From Prolixibacteraceae bacterium (GTDB taxonomy: Bacteria; Bacteroidota; Bacteroidia; Bacteroidales; Prolixibacteraceae), in contig OY787458.1 of NCBI GenBank assembly GCA_963678915.1, forward strand, positions 4,393,231 to 4,457,230: 64,000 nucleotides of DNA, read 5' to 3'. The position numbers and the translations under genes are program-made. The notes below the pieces were generated by a model that saw nothing but the letters and a program-made list of their open reading frames with translations, made no database searches and was not told where the DNA came from. This document shows, piece by piece, positions 19,501 to 29,573 of this stretch. Numbering within the stretch: position 1 is the first letter of the stretch; each line of letters starts with the position of its first letter.

Positions 19501-22500
19501 GGCTAAAGTAGTTCCTGTAGCTGCAATGACTGGTTTAACCAAATCAACTTTCCAGGTTACGGTACGTGTTACCGGGGTTGCGGTGTTGCCGCAAAGGTCG
19601 GTAGCGTTCCATGTACGGGTCTGTGACTTGATACAGTCGCCTGTTACGGCACCATCGGTAAATGAAGGAACCAGAGCTCCGTCGCAAATATCCGAGGCAG
19701 TGGCTGTTCCCAAAGCGGCATTGATAGCAGCGGCATCAGGGTTACAACCAAGGGCTAAAGTAGTTCCTGTAGCTTCGATCACTGGTTTAACCAAATCAAC
19801 TTTCCAGGTTACGGTACGTGTTACCGGGGTAGCGGTGTTGCCGCAAAGGTCGGTAGCGTTCCATGTACGGGTCTGTGACTTGATACAGTCGCCTGTTACG
19901 GCACCATCGGTAAATGAAGGAACCAGAGCTCCGTCGCAAATATCCGAGGCAGTGGCTGTTCCCAAAGCGGCATTGATAGCAGCGGCATCAGGGTTACAAC
20001 CAAGGGCTAAAGTAGTTCCTGTAGCTGCAATGACTGGTTTAACCAAATCAACTTTCCAGGTTACGGTACGTGTTCCCGGGGTTGCGGTGTTGCCGCAAAG
20101 GTCGGTAGCGTTCCATGTACGGGTCTGTGACTTGATACAGTCGCCTGTTACGGCACCATCGGTAAATGAAGGAACCAGAGCTCCGTCGCAAATATCCGAG
20201 GCAGTGGCTGTTCCCAAAGCGGCATTGATAGCAGCGGCATCAGGGTTACAACCAAGGGCTAAAGTAGTTCCTGTAGCTGCAATGACTGGTTTAACCAAAT
20301 CAACTTTCCAGGTTACGGTACGTGTTACCGGGGTAGCGGTGTTGCCGCAAAGGTCGGTAGCGTTCCATGTACGGGTCTGTGACTTGATACAGTCGCCTGT
20401 TACGGCACCATCGGTAAATGAAGGAACCAGAGCTCCGTCGCAAATATCCGAGGCAGTGGCTGTTCCCAAAGCGGCATTGATAGCAGCGGCATCAGGGTTA
20501 CAACCAAGGGCTAAAGTAGTTCCTGTAGCTTCGATCACTGGTTTAACCAAATCAACTTTCCAGGTTACGGTACGTGTTACCGGGGTAGCGGTGTTGCCGC
20601 AAAGGTCGGTAGCGTTCCATGTACGGGTCTGTGACTTGATACAGTCGCCTGTTACGGCACCATCGGTAAATGAAGGAACCAGAGCTCCGTCGCAAATATC
20701 CGAGGCAGTGGCTGTTCCCAAAGCGGCATTGATAGCAGCGGCATCAGGGTTACAACCAAGGGCTAAAGTAGTTCCTGTAGCTTCGATCACTGGTTTAACC
20801 AAATCAACTTTCCAGGTTACGGTACGTGTTACCGGGGTTGCGGTGTTGCCGCAAAGGTCGGTAGCGTTCCATGTACGGGTCTGTGACTTGATACAGTCGC
20901 CTGTTACGGCACCATCGGTAAATGAAGGAACCAGAGCTCCGTCGCAAATATCCGAGGCAGTGGCTGTTCCCAAAGCGGCATTGATAGCAGCGGCATCAGG
21001 GTTACAACCAAGGGCTAAAGTAGTTCCTGTAGCTGCAATGACTGGTTTAACCAAATCAACTTTCCAGGTTACGGTACGTGTTACCGGGGTAGCGGTGTTG
21101 CCGCAAAGGTCGGTAGCGTTCCATGTACGGGTCTGTGACTTGATACAGTCGCCTGTTACGGCACCATCGGTAAATGAAGGAACCAGAGCTCCGTCGCAAA
21201 TATCCGAGGCAGTGGCTGTTCCCAAAGCGGCATTGATAGCAGCGGCATCAGGGTTACAACCAAGGGCTAAAGTAGTTCCTGTAGCTGCAATGACTGGTTT
21301 AACCAAATCAACTTTCCAGGTTACGGTACGTGTTACCGGGGTTGCGGTGTTGCCGCAAAGGTCGGTAGCGTTCCATGTACGGGTCTGTGACTTGATACAG
21401 TCGCCTGTTACGGCACCATCGGTAAATGAAGGAACCAGAGCTCCGTCGCAAATATCCGAGGCAGTGGCTGTTCCCAAAGCGGCATTGATAGCAGCGGCAT
21501 CAGGGTTACAACCAAGGGCTAAAGTAGTTCCTGTAGCTTCGATCACTGGTTTAACCAAATCAACTTTCCAGGTTACGGTACGTGTTACCGGGGTAGCGGT
21601 GTTGCCGCAAAGGTCGGTAGCGTTCCATGTACGGGTCTGTGACTTGATACAGTCGCCTGTTACGGCACCATCGGTAAATGAAGGAACCAGAGCTCCGTCG
21701 CAAATATCCGAGGCAGTGGCTGTTCCCAAAGCGGCATTGATAGCAGCGGCATCAGGGTTACAACCAAGGGCTAAAGTAGTTCCTGTAGCTGCAATGACTG
21801 GTTTAACCAAATCAACTTTCCAGGTTACGGTACGTGTTCCCGGGGTAGCGGTGTTGCCGCAAAGGTCGGTAGCGTTCCATGTACGGGTCTGTGACTTGAT
21901 ACAGTCGCCTGTTACGGCACCATCGGTAAATGAAGGAACCAGAGCTCCGTCGCAAATATCCGAGGCAGTGGCTGTTCCCAAAGCGGCATTGATAGCAGCG
22001 GCATCAGGGTTACAACCAAGGGCTAAAGTAGTTCCTGTAGCTTCGATCACTGGTTTAACCAAATCAACTTTCCAGGTTACGGTACGTGTTACCGGGGTAG
22101 CGGTGTTGCCGCAAAGGTCGGTAGCGTTCCATGTACGGGTCTGTGACTTGATACAGTCGCCTGTTACGGCACCATCGGTAAATGAAGGAACCAGAGCTCC
22201 GTCGCAAATATCCGAGGCAGTGGCTGTTCCCAAAGCGGCATTGATAGCAGCGGCATCAGGGTTACAACCAAGGGCTAAAGTAGTTCCTGTAGCTGCGATG
22301 ACTGGTTTAACCAAATCAACTTTCCAGGTTACGGTACGTGTTACCGGGGTAGCGGTGTTGCCGCAAAGGTCGGTAGCGTTCCATGTACGGGTCTGTGACT
22401 TGATACAGTCGCCTGTTACGGCACCATCGGTAAATGAAGGAACCAGAGCTCCGTCGCAAATATCCGAGGCAGTGGCTGTTCCCAAAGCGGCATTGATAGC

Positions 22501-25500
22501 AGCGGCATCAGGGTTACAACCAAGGGCTAAAGTAGTTCCTGTAGCTGCGATGACTGGTTTAACCAAATCAACTTTCCAGGTTACGGTACGTGTTACCGGG
22601 GTAGCGGTGTTGCCGCAAAGGTCGGTAGCGTTCCATGTACGGGTCTGTGACTTGATACAGTCGCCTGTTACGGCACCATCGGTAAATGAAGGAACCAGAG
22701 CTCCGTCGCAAATATCCGAGGCAGTGGCTGTTCCCAAAGCGGCATTGATAGCAGCGGCATCAGGGTTACAACCAAGGGCTAAAGTAGTTCCTGTAGCTTC
22801 GATCACTGGTTTAACCAAATCAACTTTCCAGGTTACGGTACGTGTTACCGGGGTAGCGGTGTTGCCGCAAAGGTCGGTAGCGTTCCATGTACGGGTCTGT
22901 GACTTGATACAGTCGCCTGTTACGGCACCATCGGTAAATGAAGGAACCAGAGCTCCGTCGCAAATATCCGAGGCAGTGGCTGTTCCCAAAGCGGCATTGA
23001 TAGCAGCGGCATCAGGGTTACAACCAAGGGCTAAAGTAGTTCCTGTAGCTTCGATCACTGGTTTAACCAAATCAACTTTCCAGGTTACGGTACGTGTTAC
23101 CGGGGTTGCGGTGTTGCCGCAAAGGTCGGTAGCGTTCCATGTACGGGTCTGTGACTTGATACAGTCGCCTGTTACGGCACCATCGGTAAATGAAGGAACC
23201 AGAGCTCCGTCGCAAATATCCGAGGCAGTGGCTGTTCCCAAAGCGGCATTGATAGCAGCGGCATCAGGGTTACAACCAAGGGCTAAAGTAGTTCCTGTAG
23301 CTTCGATCACTGGTTTAACCAAATCAACTTTCCAGGTTACGGTACGTGTTACCGGGGTAGCGGTGTTGCCGCAAAGGTCGGTAGCGTTCCATGTACGGGT
23401 CTGTGACTTGATACAGTCGCCTGTTACGGCACCATCGGTAAATGAAGGAACCAGAGCTCCGTCGCAAATATCCGAGGCAGTGGCTGTTCCCAAAGCGGCA
23501 TTGATAGCAGCGGCATCAGGGTTACAACCAAGGGCTAAAGTAGTTCCTGTAGCTGCAATGACTGGTTTAACCAAATCAACTTTCCAGGTTACGGTACGTG
23601 TTACCGGGGTAGCGGTGTTGCCGCAAAGGTCGGTAGCGTTCCATGTACGGGTCTGTGACTTGATACAGTCGCCTGTTACGGCACCATCGGTAAATGAAGG
23701 AACCAGAGCTCCGTCGCAAATATCCGAGGCAGTGGCTGTTCCCAAAGCGGCATTGATAGCAGCGGCATCAGGGTTACAACCAAGGGCTAAAGTAGTTCCT
23801 GTAGCTTCGATCACTGGTTTAACCAAATCAACTTTCCAGGTTACGGTACGTGTTACCGGGGTAGCGGTGTTGCCGCAAAGGTCGGTAGCGTTCCATGTAC
23901 GGGTCTGTGACTTGATACAGTCGCCTGTTACGGCACCATCGGTAAATGAAGGAACCAGAGCTCCGTCGCAAATATCCGAGGCAGTGGCTGTTCCCAAAGC
24001 GGCATTGATAGCAGCGGCATCAGGGTTACAACCAAGGGCTAAAGTAGTTCCTGTAGCTTCGATCACTGGTTTAACCAAATCAACTTTCCAGGTTACGGTA
24101 CGTGTTACCGGGGTTGCGGTGTTGCCGCAAAGGTCGGTAGCGTTCCATGTACGGGTCTGTGACTTGATACAGTCGCCTGTTACGGCACCATCGGTAAATG
24201 AAGGAACCAGAGCTCCGTCGCAAATATCCGAGGCAGTGGCTGTTCCCAAAGCGGCATTGATAGCAGCGGCATCAGGGTTACAACCAAGGGCTAAAGTAGT
24301 TCCTGTAGCTGCAATGACTGGTTTAACCAAATCAACTTTCCAGGTTACGGTACGTGTTACCGGGGTTGCGGTGTTGCCGCAAAGGTCGGTAGCGTTCCAT
24401 GTACGGGTCTGTGACTTGATACAGTCGCCTGTTACGGCACCATCGGTAAATGAAGGAACCAGAGCTCCGTCGCAAATATCCGAGGCAGTGGCTGTTCCCA
24501 AAGCGGCATTGATAGCAGCGGCATCAGGGTTACAACCAAGGGCTAAAGTAGTTCCTGTAGCTGCAATGACTGGTTTAACCAAATCAACTTTCCAGGTTAC
24601 GGTACGTGTTACCGGGGTAGCGGTGTTGCCGCAAAGGTCGGTAGCGTTCCATGTACGGGTCTGTGACTTGATACAGTCGCCTGTTACGGCACCATCGGTA
24701 AATGAAGGAACCAGAGCTCCGTCGCAAATATCCGAGGCAGTGGCTGTTCCCAAAGCGGCATTGATAGCAGCGGCATCAGGGTTACAACCAAGGGCTAAAG
24801 TAGTTCCTGTAGCTGCAATGACTGGTTTAACCAAATCAACTTTCCAGGTTACGGTACGTGTTCCCGGGGTTGCGGTGTTGCCGCAAAGGTCGGTAGCGTT
24901 CCATGTACGGGTCTGTGACTTGATACAGTCGCCTGTTACGGCACCATCGGTAAATGAAGGAACCAGAGCTCCGTCGCAAATATCCGAGGCAGTGGCTGTT
25001 CCCAAAGCGGCATTGATAGCAGCGGCATCAGGGTTACAACCAAGGGCTAAAGTAGTTCCTGTAGCTGCAATGACTGGTTTAACCAAATCAACTTTCCAGG
25101 TTACGGTACGTGTTACCGGGGTAGCGGTGTTGCCGCAAAGGTCGGTAGCGTTCCATGTACGGGTCTGTGACTTGATACAGTCGCCTGTTACGGCACCATC
25201 GGTAAATGAAGGAACCAGAGCTCCGTCGCAAATATCCGAGGCAGTGGCTGTTCCCAAAGCGGCATTGATAGCAGCGGCATCAGGGTTACAACCAAGGGCT
25301 AAAGTAGTTCCTGTAGCTTCGATCACTGGTTTAACCAAATCAACTTTCCAGGTGATGGTTACCGTTTTTGAAACAGTAATGCCACAATTGTCGGTAGCAA
25401 CGAATGTTGCAATTTGAGACTTATTACAATCTGTTCCGGTTACACCACTTATTGAAGTTGTTACTGAAATGGACGTGCCAGTATTATCTACTGCAGTTGC

Positions 25501-26823
25501 CGTTCCAAATGATGTATTAATTGCAGATTCTGACGGATTACATCCGAGATTAACATTTGTCCCTGTTGTTGTTATTATAGGTGCTGTATTACTCTTTACG
25601 TTAAAAATGTTGGCACAACTTGTTGTACCTCCACTATTAGTCACTGTAGCGATTAGCGTAAAACTTGAACCAACAGATAAACCAGATCCAGCGTTTACAT
25701 GTACAGAAGAAAGAGTTAAGTTTTCTCCGGGTGGGAAAAAGGCTCCGGAGCTATTTCCAACTGACTGAGAAGGAAAAAGAGACCATACGATGGTTTCTCC
25801 AACATCTACAGTTGTGCTATAAGTGCCCACTTGATTTGGACATAAATTAGGTCCGGTTGGGGGATTACATGCTGGAGGTGCAATAAAGATACTGGATCCC
25901 TGTAATTGGTTATCCAGGTTACCAATACTTCCTTCACCCGTTGTAAACCCAATGGTACTTACGTGATACGGACCACCACTGATATCGGCAGCACCTTGAC
26001 CGGTGCCATAGCCAATTAATGAGGGCTGAGGATTAACTCCGGCTGCTATATGTGCAGCAAATTCAATGATGACATTGGAAGAAGTTGAACACCAGGTAAT
26101 ATTATAAAAGATATATCCGGCTTCATATTTTACAAAGTCAACATGATTGAGTGCTGTGCCTCCGGTGAATGGATCACTTCCATACATTTTGATCTCCCTG
26201 CCCTGGAAGGCAGCAAGATAACTTGCTACTACCTGTTCCACGGTATTGATATCACCGGGAAGAGAGTAATTAGCTTCCATGGTAACAACCGGAAGATAGG
26301 CAATATTCCCTGCACTGTGCAAATTGGCACAAATTGTGGCGATTGCATTCTGAAGATCACCACAAACATTTAGTTTAGGGTCGGTATAACTTGTTGGGTA
26401 TAATGCTGTGTTTATAAGAGCAGGCTCCTGAAAAGCATTATCCCATGAAGTCATAAAATCATAGGCATGATGCCCTGATTTTTCAGCCTGCATCCGAATC
26501 TGGAATGTATGTATATTCCCTGTTGTTGTAGGAATATCCATTAGGATAAGCCTTTGCAGGGTTGACATTCCTTCATAGATTTTGGAATTATTGGCATTTA
26601 AAATTGAGCCAATCCAGGTGATTTCACCAAGAGGTGTTTTATTAAGGTTTGATCCCTGCTTAAAGTCCGCAGATTGGGAATAGGCAGAAAAATTCATCAG
26701 GAACATTACCACGAGAAGGGATGGTAATAAAAGCCATCGACGCCAACAACAGGGGCGGGGCTTTGTTCGCAAAGCGAATAACCGTTGATCGTTATCCGCT
26801 GATCCATTGTATTCATTTTCCAT
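16537..26823 (-). CDS. Giant T9SS-secreted surface protein/adhesin with 30 tandem 84-aa Cys-containing HYR-like repeats
   Basis: Long signal peptide (likely start MENEY at 26823; ORF track starts at 26904); repeats with four Cys each; CTYTQGYYGN domain; T9SS C-terminal domain LKVYPNPFQNKVTFEF...GILIYRLILDGNVQTGRLIYKK. Confidence 0.88.
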   Translation of the reverse strand: MENEYNGSADNDQRLFALRTKPRPCCWRRWLLLPSLLVVMFLMNFSAYSQSADFKQGSNLNKTPLGEITWIGSILNANNSKIYEGMSTLQRLILMDIPTTTGNIHTFQIRMQAEKSGHHAYDFMTSWDNAFQEPALINTALYPTSYTDPKLNVCGDLQNAIATICANLHSAGNIAYLPVVTMEANYSLPGDINTVEQVVASYLAAFQGREIKMYGSDPFTGGTALNHVDFVKYEAGYIFYNITWCSTSSNVIIEFAAHIAAGVNPQPSLIGYGTGQGAADISGGPYHVSTIGFTTGEGSIGNLDNQLQGSSIFIAPPACNPPTGPNLCPNQVGTYSTTVDVGETIVWSLFPSQSVGNSSGAFFPPGENLTLSSVHVNAGSGLSVGSSFTLIATVTNSGGTTSCANIFNVKSNTAPIITTTGTNVNLGCNPSESAINTSFGTATAVDNTGTSISVTTSISGVTGTDCNKSQIATFVATDNCGITVSKTVTITWKVDLVKPVIEATGTTLALGCNPDAAAINAALGTATASDICDGALVPSFTDGAVTGDCIKSQTRTWNATDLCGNTATPVTRTVTWKVDLVKPVIAATGTTLALGCNPDAAAINAALGTATASDICDGALVPSFTDGAVTGDCIKSQTRTWNATDLCGNTATPGTRTVTWKVDLVKPVIAATGTTLALGCNPDAAAINAALGTATASDICDGALVPSFTDGAVTGDCIKSQTRTWNATDLCGNTATPVTRTVTWKVDLVKPVIAATGTTLALGCNPDAAAINAALGTATASDICDGALVPSFTDGAVTGDCIKSQTRTWNATDLCGNTATPVTRTVTWKVDLVKPVIAATGTTLALGCNPDAAAINAALGTATASDICDGALVPSFTDGAVTGDCIKSQTRTWNATDLCGNTATPVTRTVTWKVDLVKPVIEATGTTLALGCNPDAAAINAALGTATASDICDGALVPSFTDGAVTGDCIKSQTRTWNATDLCGNTATPVTRTVTWKVDLVKPVIEATGTTLALGCNPDAAAINAALGTATASDICDGALVPSFTDGAVTGDCIKSQTRTWNATDLCGNTATPVTRTVTWKVDLVKPVIAATGTTLALGCNPDAAAINAALGTATASDICDGALVPSFTDGAVTGDCIKSQTRTWNATDLCGNTATPVTRTVTWKVDLVKPVIEATGTTLALGCNPDAAAINAALGTATASDICDGALVPSFTDGAVTGDCIKSQTRTWNATDLCGNTATPVTRTVTWKVDLVKPVIEATGTTLALGCNPDAAAINAALGTATASDICDGALVPSFTDGAVTGDCIKSQTRTWNATDLCGNTATPVTRTVTWKVDLVKPVIEATGTTLALGCNPDAAAINAALGTATASDICDGALVPSFTDGAVTGDCIKSQTRTWNATDLCGNTATPVTRTVTWKVDLVKPVIAATGTTLALGCNPDAAAINAALGTATASDICDGALVPSFTDGAVTGDCIKSQTRTWNATDLCGNTATPVTRTVTWKVDLVKPVIAATGTTLALGCNPDAAAINAALGTATASDICDGALVPSFTDGAVTGDCIKSQTRTWNATDLCGNTATPVTRTVTWKVDLVKPVIEATGTTLALGCNPDAAAINAALGTATASDICDGALVPSFTDGAVTGDCIKSQTRTWNATDLCGNTATPGTRTVTWKVDLVKPVIAATGTTLALGCNPDAAAINAALGTATASDICDGALVPSFTDGAVTGDCIKSQTRTWNATDLCGNTATPVTRTVTWKVDLVKPVIEATGTTLALGCNPDAAAINAALGTATASDICDGALVPSFTDGAVTGDCIKSQTRTWNATDLCGNTATPVTRTVTWKVDLVKPVIAATGTTLALGCNPDAAAINAALGTATASDICDGALVPSFTDGAVTGDCIKSQTRTWNATDLCGNTATPVTRTVTWKVDLVKPVIAATGTTLALGCNPDAAAINAALGTATASDICDGALVPSFTDGAVTGDCIKSQTRTWNATDLCGNTATPVTRTVTWKVDLVKPVIEATGTTLALGCNPDAAAINAALGTATASDICDGALVPSFTDGAVTGDCIKSQTRTWNATDLCGNTATPVTRTVTWKVDLVKPVIEATGTTLALGCNPDAAAINAALGTATASDICDGALVPSFTDGAVTGDCIKSQTRTWNATDLCGNTATPVTRTVTWKVDLVKPVIAATGTTLALGCNPDAAAINAALGTATASDICDGALVPSFTDGAVTGDCIKSQTRTWNATDLCGNTATPGTRTVTWKVDLVKPVIAATGTTLALGCNPDAAAINAALGTATASDICDGALVPSFTDGAVTGDCIKSQTRTWNATDLCGNTATPVTRTVTWKVDLVKPVIEATGTTLALGCNPDAAAINAALGTATASDICDGALVPSFTDGAVTGDCIKSQTRTWNATDLCGNTATPVTRTVTWKVDLVKPVIAATGTTLALGCNPDAAAINAALGTATASDICDGALVPSFTDGAVTGDCIKSQTRTWNATDLCGNTATPVTRTVTWKVDLVKPVIEATGTTLALGCNPDAAAINAALGTATASDICDGALVPSFTDGAVTGDCIKSQTRTWNATDLCGNTATPVTRTVTWKVDLVKPVIEATGTTLALGCNPDAAAINAALGTATASDICDGALVPSFTDGAVTGDCIKSQTRTWNATDLCGNTATPVTRTVTWKVDLVKPVIAATGTTLALGCNPDAAAINAALGTATASDICDGALVPSFTDGAVTGDCIKSQTRTWNATDLCGNTATPVTRTVTWKVDLVKPVIEATGTTLALGCNPDAAAINAALGTATASDICDGALVPSFTDGAVTGDCIKSQTRTWNATDLCGNTATPVTRTVTWKVDLVKPVIAATGTTLALGCNPDAAAINAALGTATASDICDGALVPSFTDGAVTGDCIKSQTRTWNATDLCGNTATPVTRTVTWKVDLVKPVIAATGTTLALGCNPDAAAINAALGTATASDICDGALVPSFTDGAVTGDCIKSQTRTWNATDLCGNTATPVTRTVTWKVDLTGPELQEPIADLVFECYEKVIIPEPVFIDGCDGQVERFTKINGVNGDVYNYKYPVGITPICFIATDECGNSTEVCINVTVKTCQAICTYTQGYYGNPGGKSCDGVTQFSTAGLIEHAINSYGGTMVIGKAGHSISITSSALDISKVIEYLPGGAGIGALSAGNISISSSAFKTLYTRTTGKTTKINNKLLAQTITLGLNLGMSINLGNLELMPGMWIATAKSDGGCGSTTTNVDGCNYSYFQIDQAIINAIPGDKTIAGLFELANRALGGMTVGASLTAIASAVDQINNAFDGCSLFMGYYAQKLVCPTTTPEAPKVAQITPAGFEVSTLKVYPNPFQNKVTFEFVSAKDSHAVLEINNILGQKITTLMDKDVKMGAVNQLEYQPINVVPGILIYRLILDGNVQTGRLIYKK
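17781..25340. repeat. Tandem array of 30 x 252-bp near-identical coding repeats, plus a diverged unit at about 25341-25590
   Basis: caactttccagg anchor at 17781, 18033 ... 25341 (7560/252 = 30); units differ at only three short sites. Confidence 0.95.
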
Positions 26824-27750
26824 AGTTACAAATTTTATATTCTTTGTTCTATTAGATTCTATGCTGTTGTAGTTCAGAATAGAATACACAGGTGCAGAAT
26901 ACACTTCTGTTTGTTTGTGTATTGTTCTGATTTGTAGAATTTTGTAATGGATGAAGATTCAAAATTGAATCGCAATCATGTGGAATTTACCAGAATCGAT
27001 AAATTCAATGATCTTCAATTTACACAGTAAGTTTGGTTGACTGAATTTTCAATTCAGTATTTTATAAAGCACATCTGCCATTGAAGATTGAAAGCCTGAG
27101 TTTTGATTTTTACTCGTATTGTCTTTCTTTTAGAGGATGCTCGAAGGGATTTTGATGTGAATCCTTTCAATATTTTACTCTGAGACGAATTTCACTAAAT
27201 CTTATTGGCTATTGTCTTTTCCTAATAAAACAGTGATTTGGTAATTAATTATCGAAGCGGTCCTGTCAAAACTAATGATTTTGTTGCTGCCAAAATAAAG
27301 GGGCACGAAAAGCATTGCAGTAGATGTACAGGAAACTTTCAGGTAGTTGCAAAAAGCAAATAATTAACGCAAAATCGTTGGTTAATAATTTGTTTCGTAA
27401 AAGAGAAGAATAACCTGACAGAAAACTCAGTTTCCTGTCTATTCACGGGTTCAGTAACTTAATCGTAATGTCCTAAATCAATAGAACTTTTACTTCATCA
27501 GAATTATAAATCACAAATCTCCTATATGCCAAAGGCTTTCTGGAAATTTGTGAATTAAGGGTAGCAAATATTAAATTGGTAAATACTTTTTTTAAATACA
27601 TTGTAGTAAGCTTTTGCTGGCTTTTTTAAAGGCTGAATAGTGTCGTATTTATTCATAAAAGTTGACGATTACTTAGGTTTTAAAACATAAATATCTGAAA
27701 CGCAATACTATATTGATTCTTGGAAAAGAGATTCCACTTCAACTTACTAT

Positions 27751-27819
27751 CAAAAATACCACCTCCTCCTTTTGAAAATGTTACACAATTCTCGTTTTAA
27801 GTTACAAGATTCACACTTT
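27751..27819 (-). promoter_or_regulatory. Island motif copy 3a + perfect -7 element, facing the giant adhesin gene
   Basis: aaagtgtgaatcttgtaac-N11-attgtgtaac-N21-TATTTTTG. Confidence 0.75.
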
Positions 27820-27823
27820 TCGA

Positions 27824-27892
27824 AAAGTGTGAATCTTGTAACTTATTGCCAAAGTTATATAACACATTAGCAGATATATAAGACTACGTTTG
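27824..27892 (+). promoter_or_regulatory. Island motif copy 3b + perfect -7 element, facing the mla operon
   Basis: aaagtgtgaatcttgtaac-N11-gttatataac-N21-TACGTTTG; forms a perfect 42-bp palindrome (27801-27842) with copy 3a. Confidence 0.8.
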
Positions 27893-27920
27893 CTATACAT
27901 CAAACTAATTTGAATACTTA

Positions 27921-28775
27921 ATGGGGAAATTTGATCCTGTAGTTAAAGTAATTCCGAAGGTTCGTGAGGCAACGAAGCAGACCATGACGAAGCTTAGCGA
28001 AAAAACACTGGAGAAAACCAATGTAGTGAGCAACCTTTTAGCTGATATTGCCGATGTTGCATTATTTATAACTCGTTTGACTAAAGAGATGTTTTCCGGA
28101 CACTTCGAATGGAAAGAGTTTTTCCGTCAATGTTTTCATATCGGATATAAAACGTTACCGCTTATTTCAATCACCGGTGCCATTATGGGCTTGGTTTTAA
28201 CCATTCAATCGCGCCCGGTTCTTGTCGATTTTGGCGCAGTGACCATGCTTCCCGGAATGGTTGCCGTTTCGCTGATCAGGGAAATGGGGCCGGTTATTAC
28301 AGCACTGATTTGTGCCGGCAAAATTGGTTCAGGAATGGGGGCGGAGTTGGGGGCAATGAAAGTGACCGAGCAGATTGAAGCGATGGAAGTTTCGTCGACC
28401 AATCCGATGCGGTTTTTAGTGGCAACAAGAGTTTTAGCAGCTACGCTAATGATCCCCCTGTTGATTTTATATGCTGATTTATTGGGCATTGCAGGGAGTT
28501 GGGCAGGTGCAAATATAAAAGGCGACGTATCGTTTTCTTTATTCTTTGCACAGGCATTCAGCCATATCGACTTTATCGATTTTTTACCTGCTGTTGTAAA
28601 ATCGTTCTTTTTTGGAGCAGTTATCGGGCTGGTGGGTTGCTATAAAGGATACAATGCAGGGCGGGGAACCGAAAGCGTTGGTATAGCCGCAAATTCAGCT
28701 GTGGTGCTGGCTTCACTCCTGGTTATAATTACCGATATGATTGCCGTACAAATTACCGATATGCTAATATTATGA
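27921..28775 (+). CDS. mlaE: MlaE-family ABC permease
   Basis: REMGPVITALICAGKIGSGMGAELGAMKVTEQIEAMEV motif. Confidence 0.92.
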   Translation: MGKFDPVVKVIPKVREATKQTMTKLSEKTLEKTNVVSNLLADIADVALFITRLTKEMFSGHFEWKEFFRQCFHIGYKTLPLISITGAIMGLVLTIQSRPVLVDFGAVTMLPGMVAVSLIREMGPVITALICAGKIGSGMGAELGAMKVTEQIEAMEVSSTNPMRFLVATRVLAATLMIPLLILYADLLGIAGSWAGANIKGDVSFSLFFAQAFSHIDFIDFLPAVVKSFFFGAVIGLVGCYKGYNAGRGTESVGIAANSAVVLASLLVIITDMIAVQITDMLIL

Positions 28776-29554
28776 ACATAGCTCAACCAGATACAACAAC
28801 GAAAATGTCACTACGAAAGGCAGGTGGTGAAACGGTTATTGAAATTAGTAACCTAAAGAAATCATTTGGCAGTCAGGAGGTATTGAAAGACCTTTCGCTA
28901 AAGCTTTTTAACGGCGAAAACCTGACAATATTGGGCAAATCAGGCTCCGGAAAATCGGTTCTGATCAAATGTATTGTTCGCTTATTAAATCCTGACCAAG
29001 GAACAATTCAAGTGCTTGGGGAGGATGTAAGCACACTCAACAGTAATCGGTTGGGAGAACTGAGACAGAAAATTGGATTTCTCTTTCAAAGCGGCGCCTT
29101 GTACGATTCAATGACTGTCAGGGAAAATCTGGAATTCCCTTTGCGCAGAATTAGGAAGAACCTTACGGAAAAGGAAATTTCAGAAAAAATTATGGAGGTT
29201 CTGGAAAATGTTGGGTTGGCCAATGCATTGAATAAAATGCCGTCACAACTTTCAGGAGGAATGCGGAAACGGATCAGCCTGGCACGAACGATTGTGGTCG
29301 ATCCCATGATCATGCTTTACGACGAACCAACTACCGGACTCGACCCGGTGACATCAGATGAGATAAGCGGGCTCATCAACGATGTTCAGAAAAGATATAA
29401 AACCTCATCCATCATTATTACACATGATATAGAATGCGCCCGCAACACCGCCAACCGGATAATCATGTTACAAGATGGCGAAGTTTATAAGGAAGGTAAG
29501 CTCGAAGAATTCGAAAAATCATCGGATCCAATTATCAAATCATTCTTTAAATAA
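28772..29554 (+). CDS. mlaF: MlaF-family ABC ATPase
   Basis: GKSGSGKS Walker A, FQSGALYDS, LSGGMRKR, DEPTTGLDP. Confidence 0.93.
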   Translation: MNIAQPDTTTKMSLRKAGGETVIEISNLKKSFGSQEVLKDLSLKLFNGENLTILGKSGSGKSVLIKCIVRLLNPDQGTIQVLGEDVSTLNSNRLGELRQKIGFLFQSGALYDSMTVRENLEFPLRRIRKNLTEKEISEKIMEVLENVGLANALNKMPSQLSGGMRKRISLARTIVVDPMIMLYDEPTTGLDPVTSDEISGLINDVQKRYKTSSIIITHDIECARNTANRIIMLQDGEVYKEGKLEEFEKSSDPIIKSFFK

Positions 29555-29573
29555 ACATCAAAAACATACCATT

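Noticed and set aside
17781-25340. CRISPR array
   Set aside because: Units are 252 bp, contiguous, in frame in a CDS and without unique spacers; no cas genes are present.
17819-25417. 2532-aa plus-strand ORF
   Set aside because: Antisense shadow of the adhesin repeat. One stop-free 252-bp unit repeated 30 times explains its length, and it has no signal peptide or recognisable motif.
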